A DNA stretch of 32,000 bases from Candidatus Harpocratesius repetitus (GTDB lineage Archaea > Asgardarchaeota > Lokiarchaeia > Sigyniarchaeales > Promethearchaeaceae): positions 3,030,001 to 3,062,000 of the forward strand of contig JAIZWK010000001.1 in assembly GCA_021498095.1 (NCBI GenBank), given 5' to 3'. Position 1 is the first letter of the stretch; each line of letters opens with the position of its first letter. This document shows, in pieces, positions 9,985-18,777 of the stretch. Both the position numbers and the translations under genes were made by a program. The notes beneath the pieces are model-generated. The model was given only the letters and a program-made list of their open reading frames with translations, ran no database searches and was not told the DNA's origin.

Positions 9985-11343
9985 TTAAAATGTACGTATC
10001 CAGAAATCCAAGCGCTTTTGTTTGTGGATATAAGGAAGAAGATTACTAGCATGTTTCCAATATTCTAGAGGAATGGATAATTTGGATTCAACTCTAGTCA
10101 AAGCGGATTCTAGAGTTTCATGCATTTTTACATTATTACCTTTCCAACCATTAGCTAAAGCTTGTTTTACTGTCTCTCGAATTACCCACACACCAAGAGG
10201 GACCACATATCCACCAGATACTTCTCTAAAAACAATTACTCGTGCCTGGCGTCTACTTTTAACTAAAAATTCTTCAATTTCTTTTCGCGCTGCATAATAA
10301 GCACCAGTTACATGATCAGCATATTTTTTTCTTCCTTGCTCAAATTCAAAATCATTCACAATCACCGGTTGAATTGCTTGCATTGGGAGATTTAAACCAG
10401 GAATTGCTTGATTCCAAATGGATGATTGATTCCAACATTCGTTCATTTCATATGCCCACGGTCCTGGAATAAAAATAATAACAAATTTATTATCAAGATA
10501 TTCCCCGTAAAATGAATAATACTTATCTATAGATGGATAATGCTGAAGTTTTTTCTTCAAATATTTACCAATTATATCATCCACTGCAGTAATACTCCAA
10601 CGCGTCGGCACTAAACGACGGTTTTGTTTAACCCCTAATAAACCAGCAGAAAAGATGCGTTGAATGGAGGTTACATTTAAAGAATCTGCATGATATAGAT
10701 ATTCTTCAATTGCATCTGCTGCCTTTAAATCAGTATCGCTAACAGCTTTATCAACAGGTTTTAAAATCTTAATATTATCGATAATTTGTATTTTTTCTGC
10801 TCTTCCACTTGGACCTTGTGGTGGTGAATGTGTTCCATAAAGCATCCCTACTCGCACTCTACTAAGTTTTGCTTCTGTATCCACAGAATTGGAAGCTAAT
10901 GTTAATTCTTGAGTTGCTTCCAGTAGTTTTAAGTTGGATCTTGATAGTTCTTTTTCTAATTCTGAAATTGGTAAATTATACTTCACATTCATAGTAAAAT
11001 TTGAACGTACTAAACCGGATCGATAAGCAATAATTTCATTAATGTCTTTACCAAACCAACTCTCAGGTGAATCTAAATATTTCGTATCTTTTTGTGCGGA
11101 AAAATTTCCAATAGGAATTAACGGCCCTATATTAACATGCGGATAACCAACATGGCCAACAAAAACTGCAGGAGGTGAAGCACCAAAGATATCTTGTTTT
11201 CCCTTGAATTGCCCAGGATCTACAGACAGAGTGCTTTTTAATACACTGTATTTTAGTAATATAGGACATTTTGACTTTCCACAAAGAAGACGAGCCCCTT
11301 TACAACGAACGCAAATATTATCAGATACTTGAGGTCGAACCAT
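9985..11343 (-). CDS. nreA: Nre family archaeal DNA repair protein
   Basis: CVRCKGARLLCGKSKCP N-terminus, SPPAVFVG, LVPTRWSITAVD, GAYYAAR, PLGVWVIRE, and a C-terminal PIP box QKRLDFW. Confidence 0.92.
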   Translation of the reverse strand: MVRPQVSDNICVRCKGARLLCGKSKCPILLKYSVLKSTLSVDPGQFKGKQDIFGASPPAVFVGHVGYPHVNIGPLIPIGNFSAQKDTKYLDSPESWFGKDINEIIAYRSGLVRSNFTMNVKYNLPISELEKELSRSNLKLLEATQELTLASNSVDTEAKLSRVRVGMLYGTHSPPQGPSGRAEKIQIIDNIKILKPVDKAVSDTDLKAADAIEEYLYHADSLNVTSIQRIFSAGLLGVKQNRRLVPTRWSITAVDDIIGKYLKKKLQHYPSIDKYYSFYGEYLDNKFVIIFIPGPWAYEMNECWNQSSIWNQAIPGLNLPMQAIQPVIVNDFEFEQGRKKYADHVTGAYYAARKEIEEFLVKSRRQARVIVFREVSGGYVVPLGVWVIRETVKQALANGWKGNNVKMHETLESALTRVESKLSIPLEYWKHASNLLPYIHKQKRLDFWIRTF

Positions 11344-11707
11344 GAGAATGTTTCACATTGCTTAATGATCAACTTAATTTTAATTTTCAATTAAAAGATT
11401 AATACTAAAAAATAATAGAATTCTCTTTATTTGAAGATGCTCCTTTTTGAATTAATAATTTCGTAAAAATAAATAATAAATACATTAAAAAGAATATTTC
11501 TCCTTTGACATAAGATCCTTAACCTATTTAAAGTACTAACAGAACCCATGCGTCTTCTTCCAATAAGTTTTAATAATATTTCCGACAAAATGATAATATT
11601 GACGCATTGCAATCTCGTCAATCGAAAGATTTAAATCTGAACAACAATCAACCATTTTTTAAGATTCTTTAATCATTTTTAAAGATAACCAAGGGGAATT
11701 CAAAAAT

Positions 11708-11920
11708 ATGAAAATTGTAACGATTAACATTCCAGATCAATATTTAGATGGAATAGAAACAATGGTTAATCTTGGATTTTATCCTTCACGAAGTGAAGCA
11801 GTTCGCCAAGCATTAAAGCAATTCTTAGCAAGAGAAGCACAGTTCAGTGAAGATTTAGAGACCGACAGATTTGCTAAATTAAAGCAGTTCCAATTAGATA
11901 CAATAATCAATTATAAATAA
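11708..11920 (+). CDS. Ribbon-helix-helix (CopG/Arc/MetJ-type) transcriptional regulator
   Basis: KIVTINIP beta strand followed by YPSRSEAVRQAL. Confidence 0.85.
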   Translation: MKIVTINIPDQYLDGIETMVNLGFYPSRSEAVRQALKQFLAREAQFSEDLETDRFAKLKQFQLDTIINYK

Positions 11921-12083
11921 ACTCAAGATTTCTTTTTGTTTTTTTCTCTTTTCCTTTATAATGCCAAGTTAACTGCTCATATAAGGTTATTTTGATAAAG
12001 CAACTCATTTGACAATTCCTTTCGACTTAATTACTTAGCTCTTTTCATTCATGCCCGTAACTTTTTATATATTTGTATCTTAG

Positions 12084-12091
12084 TTTAAATA
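12084..12091 (+). promoter_or_regulatory. Candidate TATA box for the ileS leader transcript
   Basis: TTTAAATA ends about 30 nt before the leader ATG at 12121, compatible with a near-leaderless start. Confidence 0.35.
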
Positions 12092-12120
12092 GGTCTGTCC
12101 TAAAGGAATAAGTGAAAATT

Positions 12121-12210
12121 ATGCCCGCGTCTGAAACATCTATTCTTATTTCTATATCAACGGAGTTGTTTAAGATCATCTCAGGCGCTATTATTCAAAT
12201 TATCGCATAA
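12121..12210 (+). CDS. Putative Ile-rich leader peptide of ileS (MPASETSILISISTELFKIISGAIIQIIA)
   Basis: ATG...TAA, 29 aa, 9 Ile including three Ile-Ile pairs, 292 nt upstream of ileS on the same strand. Confidence 0.7.
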   Translation: MPASETSILISISTELFKIISGAIIQIIA

Positions 12211-12352
12211 CACTTTTCATTGGCTCCCTAAAATTATCTTGTTTCAGACGCAAGTATTAATATTAAACACTATCAAAAAGAAATTAAATTTCTTATTCAT
12301 TTGTTAGGGAGATCAAAGTCAATGAAATCAGATGAATAATTCTGAAATAAGA
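12121..12352 (+). promoter_or_regulatory. Putative attenuator with alternative helices in the ileS leader
   Basis: Complementary pairs read directly from the sequence: 12127-38/12240-51 (12 bp perfect), 12215-31/12304-27 (9+8 bp), 12237-48/12341-52 (12 bp, one G-U), 12293-303/12329-39 (11 bp, one G-U). Confidence 0.6.
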
Positions 12353-12502
12353 AAATGCGTTGAAATTTGAAAGAATTCAATAAAAAAAGCAAGTGTGATT
12401 CAATTATCTTTTTTTAAGATGAAAATTTGTTCATCATATTAAACAATCCACCTAAATCTTAAATTGATTAAATGGCGGGAACTTTAAAAATTTCAATAAT
12501 AT

Positions 12503-15500
12503 ATGAAAATATTTGAGGAAAAAACAATGAAACCCTTAGGAAATCTAAATTTACTAAAAATTGAAGAAGATATATTAGAATGGTGGGAGAAACAGAAAAT
12601 CTATGAAAAAATAAAAGCTCAAGAACCAGCTGATGAAGAAAAAACTTTTAGATTTATTGATGGCCCACCATATACTACAGGTGATGTCCATTTAGGCACT
12701 GCATGGAATAAAATAATGAAAGATCTTGTCATTAAATATAAAAGAATGCAAGGATTTCGTGTAACTGATACTCCTGGTTATGACACTCATGGTTTACCAA
12801 TTGAAGTTGTAACAGAAAAGAAATTGGGAATTAAAAATAAGCAAGAGATTAAGACGTTTGGATTGGATAAGTTTATTTCAGAATGCAGAGCTTATGCTGA
12901 AAGTAAAATTCCCAGTATGAATGAACAATTCAAGCGTCTTGGTTGCACTTTCTGGGACTGGGATAATCCTTATGTAACATTAAAAAATACATATATTCAA
13001 GGTATCTGGTGGACTCTTAAACGTGCATGGGAAAATGGGTATTTATACAAATTCTATAAACCCCAAAACTGCTGTCCACGATGTGCAACTGCTTTAGCCA
13101 AACATGAATATGAATATCATGATATTACTGATACAGCTATTTTTGTCAAATTTCAATCAGTTGATGATCCTAAAACGTTTTTCATTATTTGGACTACAAC
13201 ACCTTGGACCTTAATCAGCAATACAAATATTATGGCCAACCCAGATGTTGAATATGTCAAAATGCGTGTAAAAGACGAATACTGGATAATGGCAATTGCA
13301 GCTACTTCAGATCTCCTCCAAAATAAATTAGGATTGGTAGTAAATGCAGAAGAGGGTTTTTCATATGGAGAACGTTATACTGGACGCGATCTTGAAGGAA
13401 AACGCTATATTCATCCTTTTGCAGATTTAATACCAAAACAATTAGAATTAGAAAAAGAACAACCATTAGTTCACACAATCATCCTTTCTCACGAATATGT
13501 CCAAGAAACTGGGGGAAGTGGGTTAGTTCACACTGCACCTGGACACGGTCCTGAAGATTTCGAAGTTGGTGTTTCCTATAATATACCGATTTATTCACCA
13601 GTCGCTATGGATGGAACTTATACGAACGATGCAGGAGAATACTTTAAAGGTAAGTATGTGCATGATGCAAATCACGAAATCATTGAAATGCTCCGCAAAC
13701 GGGGAACATTAGTTCATGAAGATTCAATTTCACATGAATATGCACATTGTTGGCGCTGTCATACTAAACTCGTATATAGAGCCACCGAGCAATGGTTTTT
13801 CAAGACATCAGCACTGCGAGATGAAATGTTAAAAGAAAATGATGAAATATTTTGGATACCTGAGTATGCAGGTGCCACAAATTTCAAATCATGGTTAACC
13901 AGTTTACAAGATTGGTGTATTTCACGACAACGATACTGGGGAATTCCCCTCTCAATTTGGACCTGTGAAAATCCAGAATGTGATAATATGCATGTAATTG
14001 GTTCAATGGAAGAATTACGAGAAATCGCAGGAACTTGTCCTGAAGATATCCACAAACCTTGGATTGACGAAGTTACATGGAAATGTGATAAATGTGGAAT
14101 GAAGATGACCCGTATTCCAGATGTTATGGATGTTTGGCTTGATTCTGGATCGGTAATGTGGGCGTCACATAAATTTGTTGATGGGCATGAACATTATGAT
14201 TCATGGGTTCCCGCAGATTTTATTCTTGAAGGAAAAGATCAAATCCGAGGTTGGTTTAACTCTTTATTATGTAGTGCTATGGTCTCTACTAAGAAGAGAA
14301 ATTACAACGTTTGCTATATGCACGGATGGGTAACTAGTCATGGAACGAAAATGTCTAAATCTTTAGGAAATGCCTTAGACCCACAAGATGTCATTAATGG
14401 AAATATAGAAATTTTAACAGAAAAACAAAAAGAATATTTACGAGAATTGGCAGCGGATGAACGTACGTCTAAATTCGATAAAACAAAACAAAAATCAAGT
14501 AAAAACAAGAAACACTGGAAACCAAAATATATAAAAGATGATAGACGCTGGTCAATGATTAAAGGAATTGAAACATTCAGATTTTATTCAGTAATGGGCA
14601 CTCCCCCGGGAAAAGATTTAAATTTTGATTACAAAGAATATACAGATACGTTTAAAGTCTTAAATACAATTTGGAATACATTTAAATTTGCCCAAGAAAA
14701 AATGAAATTAAATGACTTTCATCCTAAGACACATTTGATCAAAAAAGATGAACTTTCTGCAGCAGATAAATGGATTCTGGCTCGAACAAATAGTTTGATT
14801 CGTACAATAACGGATTATTTTGAAAAATTTGAATTACCATCAATTCCTGCTACTTTACAAAATTTCATATTAAATGATCTCTCTCGCTGGTACATCACCA
14901 TTATACGAGATCAAGTTGAACCATCAAATAAAGATCCTTCAAAATACACCACTTTGGCAGTACTTTGGCATGTATTATATCGTGTGCTACTATTACTTGC
15001 TCCGGTTAATCCAATGTTGAGTGAAGAGATCTATCAAAAAATATTTCGTTCAGAATTATCAGATCAGTTAAAACTCTCAATTCATTTAGAACAATGGCCA
15101 AAACCATCACTTGAATACGATAATCATGAAATTGAAGAAGAAATGGCGACTGCTCGTAGAATAATTGATGAAGTGCGTTCATTAAAATCTGAACATAAAA
15201 TAAAACTTCGCTGGCCTACAAAGGGATTAATTATCGTTCCTAAAAATGACAACCCTAAACCTTCATTCCCACAATTGATTCAAGAAATGAGTAATGTAAA
15301 GCAAATAAAAATCAGAAAAACTCACCCGAAAAATCCAGATTATTTATCCACAGAATGGGGAGAGTACGCAATTTATTTGGATTTAGAAGAATCAGAAGAA
15401 ATTCAACAAGAGCGAATTTTACGAGATTTGCTTCGAACTATTCAATTTCTCCGTAAAAATGCAAAATTACAAACAGGAGAATCCATTGAACTTCACTTAA

Positions 15501-15787
15501 GCACAAAACATCCTTTTCTTTTAAAAACGATAAAAGATAATGCTGAAGCAATTAAAATAAAGGTCACAGCGAATCCGATGGATTTTTCACCTGTATCAAA
15601 CCCTAATCTTGATAATTGGACCCGCCATGGTTTCAATGTCTGCTTAAATGAGAATTGCTATTCAGTAGTTAGAGATAAAAACGTTCAAGCAATCCATAAA
15701 GGAGAAAGTTATAAGTGCAGCTATTGTGGTAAATTAGTTACCCTAGAAAAATTGGGTGAAATTCAGATTGAATTTAAAAAGAATTAA
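12503..15787 (+). CDS. ileS: Isoleucyl-tRNA synthetase, archaeal/eukaryal type
   Basis: DGPPYTTGDVHLGT (HIGH), GYDTHGLPIE, WTTTPWTL, GSGLVHTAPGHG, DWCISRQRYWG, EGKDQIRGWF, KMSKS. The start may be ATG 12527, which is preceded by TGAGG. Confidence 0.97.
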   Translation: MKIFEEKTMKPLGNLNLLKIEEDILEWWEKQKIYEKIKAQEPADEEKTFRFIDGPPYTTGDVHLGTAWNKIMKDLVIKYKRMQGFRVTDTPGYDTHGLPIEVVTEKKLGIKNKQEIKTFGLDKFISECRAYAESKIPSMNEQFKRLGCTFWDWDNPYVTLKNTYIQGIWWTLKRAWENGYLYKFYKPQNCCPRCATALAKHEYEYHDITDTAIFVKFQSVDDPKTFFIIWTTTPWTLISNTNIMANPDVEYVKMRVKDEYWIMAIAATSDLLQNKLGLVVNAEEGFSYGERYTGRDLEGKRYIHPFADLIPKQLELEKEQPLVHTIILSHEYVQETGGSGLVHTAPGHGPEDFEVGVSYNIPIYSPVAMDGTYTNDAGEYFKGKYVHDANHEIIEMLRKRGTLVHEDSISHEYAHCWRCHTKLVYRATEQWFFKTSALRDEMLKENDEIFWIPEYAGATNFKSWLTSLQDWCISRQRYWGIPLSIWTCENPECDNMHVIGSMEELREIAGTCPEDIHKPWIDEVTWKCDKCGMKMTRIPDVMDVWLDSGSVMWASHKFVDGHEHYDSWVPADFILEGKDQIRGWFNSLLCSAMVSTKKRNYNVCYMHGWVTSHGTKMSKSLGNALDPQDVINGNIEILTEKQKEYLRELAADERTSKFDKTKQKSSKNKKHWKPKYIKDDRRWSMIKGIETFRFYSVMGTPPGKDLNFDYKEYTDTFKVLNTIWNTFKFAQEKMKLNDFHPKTHLIKKDELSAADKWILARTNSLIRTITDYFEKFELPSIPATLQNFILNDLSRWYITIIRDQVEPSNKDPSKYTTLAVLWHVLYRVLLLLAPVNPMLSEEIYQKIFRSELSDQLKLSIHLEQWPKPSLEYDNHEIEEEMATARRIIDEVRSLKSEHKIKLRWPTKGLIIVPKNDNPKPSFPQLIQEMSNVKQIKIRKTHPKNPDYLSTEWGEYAIYLDLEESEEIQQERILRDLLRTIQFLRKNAKLQTGESIELHLSTKHPFLLKTIKDNAEAIKIKVTANPMDFSPVSNPNLDNWTRHGFNVCLNENCYSVVRDKNVQAIHKGESYKCSYCGKLVTLEKLGEIQIEFKKN

Positions 15788-15829
15788 CTAAAATTTGAAA
15801 GTTAAAAAAAATTTTTTATTTTTTATTTT

Positions 15830-16087
15830 TTAATCATATCTTTTATATTTATCAATTATCACTTTACTAAGCGAATAGGCGTATTTCTTCAAATCGAGAA
15901 TTAATTTTTGCTGAGATAATTCACGTAAAACTGAAACGTATAAAGAATTGAATAATTCTTCTAGTTGCTCAATTTTATCAAAAATATCAGTAATTTTTTT
16001 CCAATCTTGAGCCCATTCTTCATCCCAAGCTTCGTCATATATGGTTTTATATGGAAAAAACATAGAAGAAATTGCTTCTGGTGCCAT
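15830..16087 (-). CDS. Small hypothetical helical protein
   Basis: 85-aa ORF with protein-like composition, convergent with ileS. Confidence 0.55.
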   Translation of the reverse strand: MAPEAISSMFFPYKTIYDEAWDEEWAQDWKKITDIFDKIEQLEELFNSLYVSVLRELSQQKLILDLKKYAYSLSKVIIDKYKRYD

Positions 16088-16175
16088 TATATTCTCATAC
16101 TAGTTGATTTACTAAGCTCTTATAAATATATGCATCTTTGATTTATTTTAAAATAAAAAATCTATTATGATTTAA

Positions 16176-16928
16176 TCAATTTAAAGGAATATTAAATGTG
16201 TTGGAATAATACATTTCAGGAGGATTTACTATTTTATGGGATAAATTTTCCTTAAATTGAGGAAAGCGCCGATGAAATGATTCTGTATTCAATAATGGCC
16301 AATCTCTAAAAAGTAAAAGTGAACTTAGTGGTTTTTTGCCTATTTGTCGGTAATCCAATTTAATTGTATTTCTCAAAGCATCGAGATCAAATAAGGAAAT
16401 AATCTCAGATGAAGAGAGTACATCCAAAAAGCGAATATAATATCGCAGTAAATCATCACTGGTATCAATATCATTCTGCGATTGGTATTCTTGACAAATT
16501 GCATGTTCTAACAAAGAAGGATAAGATTGATGCTCCCACATAATTACATTAGTTAGGAGAATGAATATTTCATCTAAATCTAATTTAAAATAAATTGTTT
16601 GATAAAGAATATTCATATAATCAAGTGGAATATCATCTTTATCCTTATATTTCTGCTGACGTTTGAAAGACTCAATAAAAGTACTGTAATTACAATGGAC
16701 GAAAGGTCTTAATACAGTATTAAAAAATATTTCATGTTTTTCAGAACGTAAAAATACCAATATTGCTCGATACAAATAATTTTGCATCTTCTTAACACGA
16801 GATCGTGTGCGGGTGCAGTTTTTCCATTTTTCTGAGAAAGGATTGCTTTTCGCTCTATGATTATATTCAAGTTCAAATATAGTCATATCGAGCAATTCAT
16901 GCATCATTTCGAAAATCAATTCTTTCAT
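16176..16928 (-). CDS. Hypothetical protein
   Basis: 250-aa ORF. No motif recognised. Confidence 0.5.
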   Translation of the reverse strand: MKELIFEMMHELLDMTIFELEYNHRAKSNPFSEKWKNCTRTRSRVKKMQNYLYRAILVFLRSEKHEIFFNTVLRPFVHCNYSTFIESFKRQQKYKDKDDIPLDYMNILYQTIYFKLDLDEIFILLTNVIMWEHQSYPSLLEHAICQEYQSQNDIDTSDDLLRYYIRFLDVLSSSEIISLFDLDALRNTIKLDYRQIGKKPLSSLLLFRDWPLLNTESFHRRFPQFKENLSHKIVNPPEMYYSNTFNIPLN

Positions 16929-17739
16929 TTTGAGGTCACCAAAAAGAAGTACTTTGAAAAATTCTCACACCTACATCCATATACTCATTTAGGCAATTTA
17001 ATATTTTCTGGTTTGTATTCACTAAACGCCAGAAAGTTAGTGGGAACTTCATCCCAATGAAAAATAAAAAGGGTTTAACTTACCTATATTAATCCGTTAT
17101 TATACAAGTAAAGAATATCTTCGTAATTTTAGAAGAATTGGCTATTTTTAATTACGAAGGATCAATTCATTGACACCTCGGTTTGAATTTTTTTCCCCAA
17201 TTTTTCGTTTAATTGAAATAATAGTTTAATTATTGAATTGTTCTATACATTAAATAGAATTTTGGGGCTAAATTGGTGTGGAACAATGGCTATTCCTAAG
17301 ATTTCGGATTCATTTGTGATTTTAATATATACTCGAAGTCACTGTTCTAAGCCTTCATGTGTTTTAATAACAGTTAAATACACGCGAATCTCAATCACAC
17401 TAATCATATTCTCTGCAGGATAAATCGATATAACTTTTGCACACATAGTCTTGTATTTTCTTGATAGCAACTGTAACTGCGAAAAGCATATTTTTTGCTA
17501 GTTTGAGAGTTTTATAAAAAAATCAATTTTTGCATATCCTTGCTTTTCTTTGTCAAAAGCTTTAAAATATTGTATGTTTTGCTTTCAAGTTTCAATTATG
17601 TTGCCAAAAAAAAATATTTGAAAGATAATTTGGGAATAATTTAAAAAATATGGCTTCTCTTAATTGATCCTTTATCCTTAAAAATAGTCGAAGAATTGTA
17701 AAAAAATTATTAAATTTAGAGAAACAATAAATCCTTAGT

Positions 17740-18510
17740 GTGAAAAATTCAACTGAAATGCGGATTTCTCATCATTTTCAATACAATCACTCAGATTGTA
17801 CCATTATTTCGAATAACCGAGAGAATATCGAAAAATCTAAAGCCAAATTTTATAATGATATTAAAGAACTCGAAAATTTTGTTAATATTCATAAAGATTG
17901 GAGAAACTCATATATTCCTCTTCTAAGTCAACCTGCAGCTAATAAAAATTCATTAATTTATACAATGGAACAAGCCAGTCTTAAATGTAATGTTGGACCA
18001 ATGGCAGCTGTTGCTGGTGCAATAGCAGATAGAATGGTTTCAGCAATGATTCAAAATCCAAAAACAACCATCGCTGTAGTTGAGAATGGTGGTGAAATTT
18101 CCATAAATTCTAAAGAAGATATTATTATTGGATTAATGGTTTTATCAACAACATTACAATCAAAACTCGGTTTTAGATATAAAGGTGGGACAAGACCAAT
18201 TGGAGTAGCAACCAGCTCATCTACTTTCGGTCATGCAGAGAGTTTTGGAGAAGCAGATGCAGTAGTGGTTTTTGCCTCTAATGCGGCTTTAGCAGATGCA
18301 GCTGCAACCTATATTTGTAATAATGTTAAGGGAAAAGAGGATAAAGAGGCAATAAATGCAGGTTTGGAAGTATTTGATTCAATTCCACAATTATTAGGTG
18401 TATTAATAGTAAAAAATCAGCTGATTGGAAAAAAAGGGAAATTACCTACTCTAATCAGAATCAAAGATGAAAAGAATATTCTACTGCAAAAAAAAATTGA
18501 AAATATATAG
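17740..18510 (+). CDS. UPF0280 / COG2122 ApbE-like protein (MA1715-type sulfide-assimilation factor)
   Basis: GPMAAVAGAIAD, VENGGEI, TSSSTFGHAESFGEADAVVVFA, AALADAAAT. Confidence 0.88.
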   Translation: MKNSTEMRISHHFQYNHSDCTIISNNRENIEKSKAKFYNDIKELENFVNIHKDWRNSYIPLLSQPAANKNSLIYTMEQASLKCNVGPMAAVAGAIADRMVSAMIQNPKTTIAVVENGGEISINSKEDIIIGLMVLSTTLQSKLGFRYKGGTRPIGVATSSSTFGHAESFGEADAVVVFASNAALADAAATYICNNVKGKEDKEAINAGLEVFDSIPQLLGVLIVKNQLIGKKGKLPTLIRIKDEKNILLQKKIENI

Positions 18511-18567
18511 GGTTTTAAGGTATTTTGGAAAAAAAAATATCAAAAATTTCATTTTTTTTTTTAACTT

Positions 18568-18777
18568 TCATGTTATGTAAAGTGCTCGGCGAGGACATGC
18601 ATCTAAACATAACATACATCCTTTACAATTTTCAGCTTTGAATAAAAACGAATAATTGTTGTCAAAACTCAATGCTCCGAATCTACAGTACGATGTACAC
18701 CAACCACATTCAACACATAAGTCTTTATTAAACTGTATCGATTTTTTGTTGATTTGTGCTGAGTTCATATTATGCAT
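18568..18777 (-). CDS. 2x[4Fe-4S] ferredoxin, MA1822-like partner of the homocysteine synthase
   Basis: CVECGWCTSYC and CKGCMLCLDACP motifs. Its start overlaps the stop of the COG1900 gene, with GGAGG upstream. Confidence 0.85.
   Translation of the reverse strand: MHNMNSAQINKKSIQFNKDLCVECGWCTSYCRFGALSFDNNYSFLFKAENCKGCMLCLDACPRRALYIT

Noticed and set aside
12127-12251. 12-bp perfect inverted repeat read as MITE/IS ends
   Set aside because: There is no target-site duplication or transposase. G-U extensions and competing partners fit an RNA helix better.
12100-12500. T-box riboswitch upstream of ileS
   Set aside because: I found no AAUUAGGUGGAACC-like T-box consensus or stem I motifs.
17243-17446. 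Minus-strand frame with a single in-frame TGA (17339-41) as a selenoprotein
   Set aside because: The context EQ*LR has no redox motif, there is no recognisable family and no SECIS was seen. It is likely noise or a decayed gene.
16929-17739. Cys/Met-rich leader upstream of the UPF0280 gene
   Set aside because: The short ORFs I translated there show no enrichment.
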